A stretch of 64,000 bases of DNA from Balanoglossus misakiensis (Eukaryota; Animalia; Hemichordata), in NCBI GenBank assembly GCA_040954595.2, contig CM082589.2, positions 329,323-393,322 on the forward strand, read 5' to 3'. The notes beneath the pieces were generated by a model that did no database searches, was not told the origin of the DNA, and saw nothing but the letters and a program-made list of their open reading frames with translations. Both the position numbers and the translations under genes were made by a program. Of this stretch, positions 14,517 to 28,600 are shown in pieces. Positions within the stretch are counted from its first letter, which is position 1. Every line of letters starts with the position of its first letter.

Positions 14517-17500
14517 TTTCACGGGAATGTTACGAGAAGAATGTCAAGTGATCTAGTGCTGTATCATGGCCAACTCAAGCATCCACTTTACATTCTCCAG
14601 GAAGTGTTTATTTCAAGGGAGGAAATAGCCAAGCATACCACCTGAGAGAACACTCATCAATGCATTACTTGAAAGAAGCTCTGCATGAATGCGCTTATAG
14701 AGCTCTTGAACCACATCTATCGCACATTCACTCAAAAGTTGTCAGGAATGCGTGCAGAATTCAATCAAAGCTTCACAGTTTTGTTTGTGGGTTATGTACA
14801 TTAAATGCAGGAAGAATAGTTCATTGACTTCATTTTTGTGCAACATGATGATGTGCCAAATCTGGTCAACATAAAAACGAATTGTCTTTCGATCTTTATG
14901 TCACATTTTCATCTTTTTCATTTGGATATTGCTCATATTTTGATTTTATTGCCACTGCAGTGAATAAACACATTCTGTTTGAAAACCCTGGTACTAGAGA
15001 ATGATAAATATTTGATCTAAATCCAAAAAAATACTGTTGAATTTTTCAAGCCATTCAGCTATCTGTACATTCACTGCAGTTTTGTATAGTTCTAGAAACT
15101 CATAAAGGCTGCCTATTTTATGGCTTTGTGCAAATACATTACAAAGCATATTGATTTATTTCAGATGTACTGTTTGTATTTTCAGAGTTGTCAATCCGTA
15201 CAAAAAATACTAAATTCCCAGTGATAAACCTGTAGTGCTGTATCGTTGAATTAAAATCTCTAGTCATGTTTCAGAATGCACCATTGATTTGAAATTGAAA
15301 ATTTTAATGCACTGTGCTTCGGTGACAACATTGGCAAAAACAGATACAAAAGAAATCCTTGGATTTTCTGTGTTCAATCAATGTTGTGATCAAAGAACTC
15401 ATGGCATATGTCATCTTTCCCCCTTTCAATCTGATCAGGTGTGTACGACTGCATTCAATATGCAGAGAGCCAGATTTCAAACTTGAGTATTTCCATATGG
15501 CAGTGTGAATGCAAACACTAAGCAAGACATTTTCAGGAAATGAAGTCGAATAGTGGAGATTGCCTGATATTTCCACAAACTCTTTTTTTGATGTTAGCTT
15601 TGTGAACAGCATAAAAGATCTTTCCTGCTGCCCATTAAAATGTGACAGTTAACAGCCAAGCCCTCTTTGATATGTGAGTTTTTAGCTGCAAGCTACTATT
15701 AGAGTTGTCTCTGACAGACATGCCTGGCTTAAATAGCAAATTGTCACTTGATGTTAAATCTAACATGGAGTTGATTGGTGTCCACTGAGTTGGTTTCAAT
15801 GTCAAATTGTATGAGATTTCCATTAAATTACTTAGGGTCTGGCCTACAGGTTAAAGCATCAGAAGGTTTGAAAAGATGTGAAGTGATTGCCTGTAAGAGT
15901 TGAGGACATTGCCAGCAACATTGAGTTTTCAGTGAAGTGAAGATGAAAATCAAACCACAGGCACAAGCTACGATGAGCCATCTGTGCCCAGTCTGATTAA
16001 AATCATACATAGTTGGCTCAATTCACAATCAGTAGGCTTTTTTGTGGGCTGGCAGTGCAACTACATGTAGAAACTAAATTCACATCATATCTATGTAATT
16101 AGTGTGAAATACAAGCTGCATTTGATGTCACAGCTAAATTATTCTGTATTTTCAAGCATGTAAAAGCACTTCTCTGATATCACGGCAAAAAGTGGCAATT
16201 GCTTTGTAAGTAGAACATATCAAGGTTTTGTTCATATTGTGAAGAGGTAGAATATACAGAAATGGAGCATAAATATAACATTTTGACATTTTGTGTATCA
16301 CAATTGTCTACACCCATGATGGTATACGTTATCTGACATTTTTTGGTTTATGAAGCTGAATTTTTACTCGTATTTGCTTATGACAGAAGGTAATGGAAAT
16401 TGACTAAGATGAGAAAATTGTGATGATTGAAAATTGGTGCCATATAAATCATCACATGTTGACTGACTTCGATGTGAAATGGAGGCCTGGTTTCATCAAC
16501 TGGCTGGCCTACACTTTGTTGATTCCAAAATGTCATAGTTGACATCAAAGAAAAGGTAACAGTTATAATGTTTTGGCGCAGTGTTGATATCTGATTCTGC
16601 CGTGTGGAATTATATCGCATTATAGAGAGAAAACAGTATGGATCTACTGGTAATCCCATTGCAACATAACCCCAAATTTCACATACTGCATTTTGAAAAA
16701 AAATTGAATGAATATATAAATATTCACCAGGAATTCCTTCAGCTATTGGGTTTTCTTCAACCTAAGTACCTAATAACAAGCAACCTTGTCAATATATCAT
16801 TTGTTAATTGACATCACAATGTAATAACATCAGGTAGATTTGGTATGCTGCTTGTCAAACAAGTACATGTAATTAAACACAGTATATTAGAAAAAGTCTG
16901 ATCCTGTCACATCAAAGAAATACGAGTGTGTGGTTGATTCTAATATGTTTGTAATCCGATACGGTAGCTAATCAGACATTTTAAAATCAAACTGTCACCA
17001 TCATTGTTTGCTCTGAAAGAATTTGACAATCTGTGCGAATTGATCCACAGACAACATTGGGTGTTTCGTTTCATGGCCGATAAAATTAATGGATAGCGCA
17101 ATGCAATCTAATCCAAAATTTCAACACATCAAAAGAAACTGTCTTTCATTTGATGAGTTTGATGAAATAAGACTTCATGTTACATTACTGTCCTATACAT
17201 GATGCTATGAACACCATGAGTCATTTCTCTAGACATTGAACTCTGTTTACATGTAAATGTGAACTAAAAATGTTCTGCAAAAGTATGTCTGATGTATCTC
17301 TCTGTCACTCTGAAGTTCCCAGGTTGAGATAAAAGAAGTTGAATTGAATCCTTGTCTGTGTGCTGTGGTTGTCTACATCCTAACTTTAAAAGAGACAGTA
17401 AGGGTGACTTGATAGAGCTGAATACCAATTAAAAGTGAATATTCACAAAAGTTATATCGGTGTTCATTATGTTATGTATGACAGGTCAACAGATGGTCTA

Positions 17501-17659
17501 TATACCAAGCTCTGTCTGGCCGACTGTAGTCTCTTTGTTCAACAACAAACTGCATTGTATATATGCAGTGGTCCTATTTTCTTTATACCAAACAACTGCA
17601 GGTTTTATTACATTTGTACATTGATATACATGTACAGTTACATACACGTTGTATGTGCT

Positions 17660-17900
17660 AAAAAATACATATCATAAGATATGATTTTCTATTTAAATGC
17701 ACTTTATTTCTTAATCATAATGGAATTGATATTTCAATGATAGCATTTTTTACGAGGACATATATTAAACAAATTGAACACTTTGTGAGAATGTATACAT
17801 ATCATATCCTGTATAAGGAGATATGATTTTCTCTTTAAAAATACTCTTTGTTTATCAATTCCCAGCACACTCATTGACATTTTAGTGATATCGATGTTTA
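17660..17900. repeat. Degenerate ~130-140 bp tandem duplication
   Basis: tacatatcata...agatatgattttct.tttaaa...ttga.attt...tgata occurs twice (around 17666 and 17796). Confidence 0.45.
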
Positions 17901-20900
17901 TGGGGGTATGGATGAGTAAGATTTTATAAATATTTAGTGAAAATATAAGTCATCTTAATACCAAAGATGTGCAACAGTAAGTTTATTATATTCCATAGTA
18001 AATGCCATAAATGTCAGTTTTGGATCACAGTCACCATGGCTGATATCATCTGAGATGATTTAGTGGGGTTATTCCCTTGAAATAACAAATCCTGATCGTA
18101 TCCTAGCAAGCAAGAACACATATCTTATGCAGGTCATTTTTAATGTTAAGGGATTTCTTGTCTGTATTTTGTTTTCAAACTGTTTTTATGAATTTTTTGG
18201 TAAAGGAAATATATAGACCAGGTTTGAAGCTATAGTTACATCCACTGAAATCAGATCTATGCAATTTTATGAATTTTCAAGTTGAAGTGACTATACCATC
18301 CACCATTACTTCTGTGTTCACCTTATACCCAGAATGCATTGCACTCATCACTTACTGAATTATTCAACTTGAAAAGATTCTCTCAATTGTTGAGTTGAAT
18401 ACATTGCATATATACTTTGGCTAACCTTTTAGAGTGTAGAATTTCATAATTTCCCCAACAGCAGGTACTGAGGCAAGGTTCTTTAAGTATACTGAGACAG
18501 TGAGAGACTTTCAAAATTATATCTTAGGGCATTTCACAAATTATGTAGGAGTGAAAGAATAATATGAGACATAAGACATATGAGTTGCATTCAAAGGCTT
18601 TCAGAAAGCATAAAGCAGATCTACAAAAGAATGGAGAGTTCATTGGTCTGGGCTGCAGCTGGTGGGATTGCTGTATAGACACAATTTTGAAAGTCATGGC
18701 CGACCCGTCAATCATCAAATGAGTTTAGGATTGTCTCTAATTTGAAATTCAAAATGTCTCTTCACACACTGGAAAGATGAGGAGGACTATCATTATGTCC
18801 CCAAGGTGTGTACTACTTCACGCGAGTGCAGATGCAAAACAGGAGGAATTGGCAGCTATATGAATCCATATGGTCGGAGATCTAATCACTCTCCTATTCA
18901 GAATCTAGAGTTACATGTCAAGACTTGGGCATCAGGGAAATCAACGACAAAGCATTGTATTACAGATTTTGTATGTTTTTATTCCACAACAAATGATATT
19001 TGCACCTTGTAATACAGTACATGTACCTCTGGTTATTCATCTAAAAGGATGATATTACGTGTCTCTATAAATAGAAAAATTGCTCGTTTTAATCTAAGGC
19101 AGGCATTATAACACATTGGTGCATATTATGAAATATGTGTAGCAAATGAGACAATTATAATTTTTTTTGGTGTTTTTCAACATGGTAATCAGCATAATGA
19201 TTTCTGATATTGAAAAAGAAAAATCTATTTTTCTGTGTTTCTCAGGCTTCATCTGTGTTCCTACATTGACAGCAGTAGCAGAATCATGCTCTGCAATTTC
19301 ACTCTTTAATATTTTATTCAACAAACGGAAAACTCAACCTTGACCTTCTTGTTTATGGGGTTGGCTTTTGTCCATGTTCATTAGAATTTACACACAAGTT
19401 TTAATTTCACAGTCCATAAATTTTTATAGTACTTTTCCAGTGTAATATACCAGAGCCAGAATTTATTCTGTCACCCATAATTTAGTCAGTACACTTTAAT
19501 TTGTAGAGCCAATTGTTTTGTAATAATTTATCGAAACTTTGTGTCTGGAATAAACAAACATTGATTCCATGAGATCCTTGCAATACCCAGTTTGTAATAA
19601 AGTTGATGTACTGTACATAGAAAGTGACAGTGACAACTGAAGGATTACTCAAACGATCTTGTCTGCTGAGGACTAAAGTACATGCTTTAATCTGCGGACA
19701 ACACATCTCCATTCTAATAAATCATTAGGAATGTAAAAATATTTGATTAATCCATCTCATTACCACATGCAAGATGGCATTGGATGAAATATTCCAAAAA
19801 AGTTTCTCTTCAATGAGAAATATAATGATACTATTATTATGGTTAATAAATGTTTCAATTAGGCTTTTAGATGGGTATATTTATTCAATTTTTCTAACTT
19901 ATTTCTTTGAACACGACTTCTTCCAGTGTTTTAAAAACTTTTTTGATTCAGCAGTGACTATGTCATCATTAATGACTTGTTGCATGTATCAGAACACGGA
20001 GGCAAAATATTTTATGGGAAAAACTAGGAAACAGTTTAATGTGCATTTCCTGAAAAGGTTATTACGCATGACATTTATGGTTCGTAATTTATTATGTACA
20101 TGTAACTGTAGGATGCCGACTGACTCTATATGTAGCAGCTATTCTCTGAAATTATTAATAAAAATACATCTTTCACACATCCATTATAGACACACATTGA
20201 AAAGCCCTGGTAATCGTTATATTTTATTTGCTATGAAGAACTTAGCAACTTAAATTTACACTTTATTGAACCTCAGAGCAGTTTCTTATTGTTTATACCT
20301 GGGTTACTGCAATTATAGTTTTTATGAGCATTGAGGATTTGAACAGCATTAGGACAGACATTGACATAGTTATGGAAAAAAAGTTTACAAGTATCATGGG
20401 ACCACAGGAACAGCAGTTGTAGCTTTTGATCATTTCTGTCAGAATGTTTGATGTGTGCATCCAGTATGGTTTCTTGCTCTATTCCCTGAAATGTGTTTAA
20501 TGATTCACATCACAGTTCTTGAACAGTTATCCCCCGGACATACTTATATCCAAAAGACACTTACCCTAACCCTTAAACCTTAGCTCTACCTTGTCGATGG
20601 GCAGCTAAATGTGCAGAGGGGTGGGGACCCATTCTTAGAACCATGTAATATCGTGACAGTAACTGCCAATTTGTTGCATTTTTGTTCACTTCACAAACAA
20701 TGTATTCAACTTGTATGACAGTTTTGGTGTTGCTATAATTCATCTTAATGATGTTGCTCCACAACAAATGTATCTCCATGGAAGTTATTGCCATAGGAAT
20801 CAGCCACCTCCTCAACCTGAACTATCCTTGAATCACTCTGCTATTGTCATAGAGATTATTTTTAAAGAGCATTTTATTGATTGATAATGATTGTGACCTC

Positions 20901-23900
20901 GCTCCATTTAAAAGTTCAAGTCACATAAAATACAAATTCATTTATTGAATTCTATCTTTGTAGGTTCCGTCAATGTATGCTGGACACCAAACCTGTTAAT
21001 TATTTTTTTGGCAACATATAAGATTAGAGATGTATCAACCGCTAGGTCACTTGTACATTTATTTATCAACAGGAAATATGAAAAAATGACTTCATTGTCA
21101 AAAATGTCTTCAGAGGTGAGATATGTTCTTCAGTCAAACAATCCATCTCCATATAATGCATCACAGATATCCAATGGATCTGGAATGGATATACACAACA
21201 AACATTAGAATAAACAAAATATAGTGTAAGATAGAAGCTTCGATAACAGGGATTAAAGATAGTAAGACATCAAAGAAACGAAAATGAAGAGAAAGACGAG
21301 CCAGATCAAGTCATTCTATGACCTTGTAGCTTGTTACAAAGTTTGCAATTTTAAAGGTCGTGTGTCTTTCCAACATGAGAACATATTGATTTCCCTGTAG
21401 ATGCAGACAAGGTTGATGATTGCATTCGGTGGAACACAATTCTCAAATGCTTTTCCATGTCATCACAAAGGGCTAATAGAGTTGACGTGTATATGTGCGA
21501 GGTGTGTGCTTGTTACACTGTGAAATCCCAACAGGAATATAAGAACTGAACTTCTGTGTCAATCCAGCTTCTATCCCAATAATTCATCGGCTCAAACGGA
21601 CAGATTGGTATTTAGCTTTCTCACACCAGTACAGTGATCTATGATCTGGACTGGATGGAAATCGATCGAACGTCAATTCCAGGGTTAGAAAACTGGGTTA
21701 GGTTTGCCATCATGAATGCATCTAATTGCGTTCCATGTGTTCATGCATGTCTCAGTTGTCAGAGTCTTGGGAGCAGGAATTAAAATGCGTTGTATTTCAC
21801 TTGTGGTGTTTCATCCAGGCCAGCATGCTCATATTGCATTTACAGTAATTTTCAGATTTGGAGAAAACTTAGAAAAGGTCTAGTAGTCCGAGTGTTTCAA
21901 CCAAGCTGTAGAATTTACAGATTTTACAAAAATGTACCTGTTAAACTGTTAAAGGCTATGCAGAGTGAAATTGTCATTTGAAATGTGGATTATACTCCTA
22001 TTGTGGTGCTCTTAACAAAGCACTGACTGCTGATTTGCTTTAAAATTACTATCCACTTCTCAGAGAGTACATGTATAATTATTATGTGGTACTGTCCGTG
22101 TGAACGAAAGTATAGGGAAGTAAGGGGACACTAAATGACCCATAGTAACATAGTAACCATAGTGATGAGGTGGAGGTAATCTTTAGAGCGAGTTTCTGGT
22201 TTCAAATTGTCTGCCTCAGGTTCCCAAATTAACAATGCTGTCTGATCTATGTGACCTCTGTTCAAGTTGATAACGAAGAACAGAGTCATCAGTCTGATTC
22301 CAACAACAAAAACCAAACAAGACATCCCATAATTTCGCTATTTCTGATTCCTCTGTGTGATGGGGAAGTCAATTTATGATCAATTAAAGACACAAATGCA
22401 TAAGAGTTTTCTGATAATGTCTTTGCCGCTTGATTTATTGGTCATTGTACATTTTTTGTAATGGTGTTCATCCAAGAACAATTATCGAGTTCGATAAATT
22501 GGTTGTATGAATCTCAGTCATTTCCCAAGTCAATTTAATTCTCACAGTTTAATGACAGAAGTCCATTATCACGTCTTTTCAAGGGTTTACTGTCTTATAC
22601 TCATAGCTCTAATCATAGTGTTTCCAAATCCCACAGTGTTTATGAGAGCGTAAAACCATCCAGAGATGGAATCCAAAAAATTCTTGCAATGTAATTGCTA
22701 CACTTCTAAAAATATTGTTATTTTTGTGTGGAGTTGGGTGGAATTATGAAACGAAAGTGAATGTGCTGTACCATGTGTTGTACATCCTCAACGGACAAGA
22801 TCTCAGGAATCTTCAGATTTTAAATGTTTTATCCTTTTTTCTCATTTTTAATATCAACAAAAGGAAGTTAAGAATAATGTAAATAAATCTATCAAATTCT
22901 CATTCTATTGAAGCATTTATATATTAAAGATTAATCGCCTTCACTTAGAAGAGAAATTCAATTTCATAAATGATTCATACATCGCTCTGATTGTGCTGAC
23001 CCCATGATAGGTGTCACTCGTATGGGCCATTGAGTAATACACATGGGATTCATAAATGTGAGTTATTATGTAGATTTCAAATGCTTCAAACTAGGTTGCA
23101 AAGTGAACTTTCTTATTGCCGACAGCTTTGTCTTGAATACACAATTATCTCGCTACTTTAGGATTATTCAGCAACAATGAAAGACATTTATAACTGCTAA
23201 TATTTCTTCTGTTGATGCCACTTGTTGGCATGAGTTTAATATTTGAGATTGACAAAAAGGGACAGAGCATCTAGCATTTGGCCCTACACTACAGAGATGA
23301 GACTTCTAGTACTAAGCAATTCTGTGTTCTTTAATACACAGCATGAATTGAAATTATCGCGAAAGTGATCAACTAGGGTCAAATGCTAGTTGCTCTGTCC
23401 CTTTTGGAAGTAGTTCACATCCTGAAAATTGAAAATTTAGGGTGCCTGAAGAAAGAAACTGTCTTGATTAATTGTTGTATGTTCTAATCAAACAAGACAT
23501 CAAGTCCCAAGGTAAGGAGAGATTACTTGAAATCAATTCAGTGATGTTAACTGTTTTAGACAAAGTGTCACTATCTGTTTTGGACCTTGACACTGAGAAG
23601 CCGTTAGTCACCTCATAAGTGTAGTTATAACAAGTAGTTCGCAACCTAATGTGTAGAGTTATTTCTCTGGATTAGCACACCACTCAAAATGCAAATCGAT
23701 GGAAGACAGACCGTATACTTCACAACTGAAACTCGCAAATGTACACATGACAGGATTTCTTGTACTGCGAAAGGTTTAAACATTCAAGGTCTCTGCAGAA
23801 TTTTCTGAAATCTATATTCTCTTAAATATTACAACTGCTCTCCTTTTAAACTACCGGTAAATGTTATTTGTACTGTTGCTGGGTATAGAGTATACAGTGG

Positions 23901-25492
23901 AAATCATTCTATCTTCACACTGAAATTCACAGTCATATATCCACATGGCATGTATATCAGCTAAGTGATACAGTATATGCTGCCCAAATACCAAAGAAAA
24001 GCAGATGGTACATCTCCTTGACAGTGATGATTACACCTACCGGGTACTACATTTATTAGATCTATAGAAGATAGTAAAACTGTTATTTCATTCAACATTT
24101 GTACATTCACTGTATTGTACAAATGAAGCATTTGCAGTGGTTAAACCTTTATCAAGTGTACTTATACGATGATAGTAAATGTTACATTAATCTCAGCTGA
24201 CATTTCTCTAAGAAGAGCTTAAATTAATTCCCTAGGTGACTAGCTGCATTTCAATTATGTACAATTCACTGAATATTGATCATAGTTCATACAATTTTGC
24301 AATTCACCTACACCATAATTACACAGATGGTCAATGGATGCATGCACAGAATATAAAATGCTTTTCAATCACGAACACTGGGCATACTTCTATCCAGTAC
24401 GTCCATGACTCCCCTGATAATTCTAAATTCCCAGTTGTAAAATCCTTTGCCTCTCTCTATGTGTATCCTTGATATAATCTCTAAGCATTATTGCTTGCAT
24501 TTCTGTAGAAGTAAAACATGTTCAAAGTTTATGGTTGGATGAATATTCACTATTACATGAACATTGATGAGGCATGTTTTATGATGTGGTCTGATCTAAA
24601 AATTTCAGTGGTTATAAAACAAGAGCTATATTTTTTATAACATTTTCTCCAAAATATAAGAAATTGCTGGAAACACGGCCAACAATATTTAAGTTTTCCA
24701 AAATGCAATCATAATTTCATCATGTTAAAACTTGTTTTACGACTAACGAATTATTATATAATGCATGATGGATCATTTTTCCATCCTAGAGCTGACAGCT
24801 ATGGGCTCCGGGTACAGCTTGTACATTTGAAAGTGTGTGCAATTGTTGCCTGTCTCTCTACTAAGTGAATTGATTGGAAATCTTAAACTCAGTGGGGATG
24901 CAGGAATAGATTACATGGATTGTTGGATGGGATATATCTCATTGTATCTGACAGACTGACTGTTCCATTTATGTAGCTGTGAACATATTGGATTGAATCC
25001 TGCCAAGTTTGAGTTTGCGGATTAACGATATGGAGTACAGGGTCAACAGAAAATATGAAGTTTTCTTGTAGTCCTCTCTAATGAAAACTTTAATGAATGT
25101 GAACATGGACATCAATATCCGACTGTAATGGATGCAAATTATAAATTTGTACACCTGAAAATATTTTCTGCACACACCTGCAGATCATCAATTTTATCTC
25201 TCATGGGAATCTGATCTTCAAAGGAGACTGCTTTCATAATTAATCAATAAATCAAAATTTTTATTCATTGACCTATTTTTAGAAAGTAGATCATAGAATT
25301 TTATTCAAGTCAAGAGGCATATATTAACAGAGAAAATTCAATTCATATCTTCCTCACCCAGAAGTAGAAGAAACATTTATGTGTGACACCTTGAATGGAA
25401 GAGCGATACCCAAAATCTAAATTTTGGATTGATTTACTTCTCAGATTATAAGTGTATCACTGACCAACGTTGTGTAATATGTTTTGTTGCAG

Positions 25493-25684
25493 CACATTCA
25501 CATGTCATTCCTGAGGACTGTTCCACCTTATTCTAATCAGGCCGTAGTTTGGGTGGACTTACTCAAACACTATGGATGGACACGTGTTGTCATGATAACC
25601 AGTAATGATCAAGATGGCCGGGCAATTTTAAATACGTTTCATAGTTTTGAAGATGAACTGAACAGCAATGGCTACATGGTAAGG
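25493..25684 (+). CDS. GRIN1: GluN1 exon (ATD): [16 protein letters not shown]...NGYMVR
   Basis: Acceptor ttgcag, donor AGG|gtaggt, 192 nt, phase 0/0. An alternative in-frame donor ATG|gtaagg would end the exon at 25678. Confidence 0.92.
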
Positions 25685-28600
25685 GTAGGTGTTCCATCAT
25701 CTGCTTGTCCTGTCTGGCATGGCAATTAAGTTTGTCTGGTGAAAATAACTGGTGTGAAGGCACATAGCTGGCATGTCAGTTTACATCCCTGGTAGGGTAG
25801 GACCCTGGTAAGCTCATATCAAACTATAGAGTGAACACACATTGCATGCATGCCATGAGGGCTATAGCACCCGTCTATTTCCCCTGAGGGACTGTGAGTT
25901 ACCAGAATATTCTGGAAACTCATGATCACGAAGGGAAATAAACAGGTGCTATAGCTCAAAAATAGGCAAGACAATATTCTTTTTACAATGCAACTCTTGC
26001 TTGCTGAAGTTTTTGCTCCGGGACTTTAGAAAGAATGGTCTGCATTTCAGATGGAAGTCACACCTAGTGCATTTATATGCAAGCGGTAACACTGATTGAC
26101 AATTAAGATAAATGATACTTACAATAATGTTTGATGTTAAATTTCTTGATTGTCAATGAAAGCATTGGAGAAGCTTATGCTTGCAGTATGTTGAATATTC
26201 ATTGTTCCATTTCTGACATGTTAATTTCATTTACAGATTGAACAGTCATTGGTTTATAAACCAGGTGGTGACAACATCAGTAGTTTATTTACAACGATCA
26301 GTACAATCCAGTCAAGAGTTTTTCTTCTCTATGCAAGGTATTGTAGTTTTCTCATTTTCCTCACATACATGACACACACATACACACTTGAATATGAAGT
26401 ACTTGGAATTTTAGTGGCTTCATAACCTTCCCCTCTATTTCTCTACAAATAAGTTGCATCAGTGCAAGAAGGTCATATACGTATTTGCATATTTCCAATG
26501 AATTTAAGAAATATATTTCTCATGGGAGGAATCTTCCCATTTGATATTTAGATCAGATGTTCAGCTTTCCTGGAAATATGCCAAGATGCTTTCTTGCACT
26601 GAAACAAAGAAGTCTGCTTTTACAAAGTTACAATGGAGAGGGGGGGGGGGGGGGGTGAACCAGGGGGAGAGACAATATGGATTAGGGTTTGTGCATTTGT
26701 ATGTGTGCAATGTCCATTTGTCTGCAGCCTTTTCTGCTGTGATGCGTAAATCATTAGCGAAGTATTGGTAAATGTAACATCCTATCTGTAATGTTCATTT
26801 TGATGTCGTTAAGGGTCATTTGTTTCCATGTTGTTGTCATTTCTTTAATGCATCAGCCATTCTGTCATGTGTTAGCAGGATGAGACAAGCAGGTGGTAAA
26901 CGCTAGCTGTAAGTGCAAAGAGTAAAGTAACACTGGTCAATATTTTTTATACACTTTAAATCTGTCAATATAAGTTTGACTTTCTCATGTGTGTATGGAA
27001 TCTTTCAAAGATTCAAATTTCTGTTTTGTATCATAAGACTATTTGCTGTACCGGTAATTTAGGAATAACGTATGTGTCATCTTGGATGACATTGGCATTT
27101 AAATTAATCTTGAATTTTGAAAATAACTTGGCTTGGTTTTGTCTGATGGTTTTGATGAAAACTCACAATATAAGTCTTATCATAGGCATATCTGCTTCAA
27201 CATCTGTAACCTGAGAATTGAGGTCATAAGAATCAATAAGGTAGGCGTCACATTGCCTGATAGTATTTGACAAGGGCATATACCTTTGGGGCAAATCCAC
27301 ATTTTTTGTTTGAAAATATTCAAAATGTTTACATAACGCTAAAGTTATAAATTGAATGACTTAACTCCCTATATAGGTGTGTTGATTCATCTGATTTTCA
27401 CATAAAAAGCGGAAATAACTTGAGTATGTGATTTGCTATGTGAAATCTTTAATGCCTGTAAATAATTGAATTGCAAATCACAGAGTTTAGATAAAGCCAA
27501 CCGAAAATCAATAGCAACACCTTCTAGCAATCAATTTGTAGATATTTTTATACAAATACACAATGATAGCATACCACGTACACTGTGGTTAAAACCAGTT
27601 TTATGCGTAAAACTATTGCTTTGACCTCAAAACAGTTCTTTCCAATTTTGTGCAATTTCATATAGCAATGAGAATGCTGGTACAGTGATCAGGGAAAACA
27701 AAACTTCACTTGGGCTCTGATTTTAATAGATTCTCAAACAAATGCATTTCACACTATTTGAACAGTTACCTGACAATCTCATAATCTGATTATCATTTTG
27801 AAATATTCTATGTAAGAGATAGAATATAGACAATTGTTATCATCAGCTGATACAAGGAATGTTGTGTGTAACATATCTGTACACTGCCATATTAACAAAG
27901 AAATACGTTTACATTGAATCAGATAGAAGTGTCAATCTTCCCAAACTACAGCTGTGCATGGTTATCGTGAATGTAACATATTGCAATAATACTAGAGTAC
28001 ATTGTGAGTGTGTGCATGTTATGAGATTATGATACATAGAACTTTTCCAACAGATTCACACAATACATTATCAGCTGCAGTTTATCAGTAATGTTGATAA
28101 ATATAACCAAACGTGGCTGTTCTGAATGATAACAGGAAATTTCAGAAATCTCAAAACTATCTCTCCATGAAAACTGCACAATTCACTCTCAGCATCAAGA
28201 TTTGCCCCTTCCCCTAAAAAGACAACTTTTTAATTATTGGTGTGTGTTGCAAGATCATTGCTTTCATTTTAGGTCAAACCGCTAAATGGCTTGTTAGAGG
28301 GTCATTATTGATAGAGATAGAGATAGATATCATTTCTCCAAGTACATTGTATAACACCTTCAGCAAGAGTGTGCATTTGGAAGTGTCGTTACTACAAGCA
28401 TTGAAGTCTTCCAATTACTGTTAAATTCCGAGGGATATGAGGTTTTTTTCCAATTGATAGGTCTGCATTAAGCTTCAGGATAACCTTCAGGTTCACAAGT
28501 CTATAATTGGAAATCTTGAACTTTAATTTCAAGCGCACTTGGGAAGTCAATGAATCTTCAGCAAAATTGGATTTCATAATCTCTGTGCCTGATTTGTATA

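Larger units (their letters stand above)
1..25492 (+). other. Probable very large GluN1 intron (>25 kb) upstream of the first visible exon
   Basis: It ends in ttttgttgcag before the HIHMSF exon. I did not find the expected preceding exon (human ...PVSYTAGFYRIPV...SDK) by eye, so a short exon could have been missed. The listed ORFs here look random. Confidence 0.65.

Noticed and set aside
19774-20253. 159-aa ORF and the other short ORFs in 1-40 kb
   Set aside because: Composition is typical of random AT-rich translation (F, L, I, C, K), with no recognisable domains, transposase or reverse transcriptase motifs.
20560-20585. Telomere-like ccctaaccct
   Set aside because: Fewer than two perfect units, so it is not an interstitial telomeric array.
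26051-26085. Possible N1-like cassette exon (tttcag ATGGAAGTC...AAGCG gtaac) in the 552-bp intron
   Set aside because: 35 nt, not a multiple of 3 between phase-0 junctions, with a weak donor and no similarity to N1.
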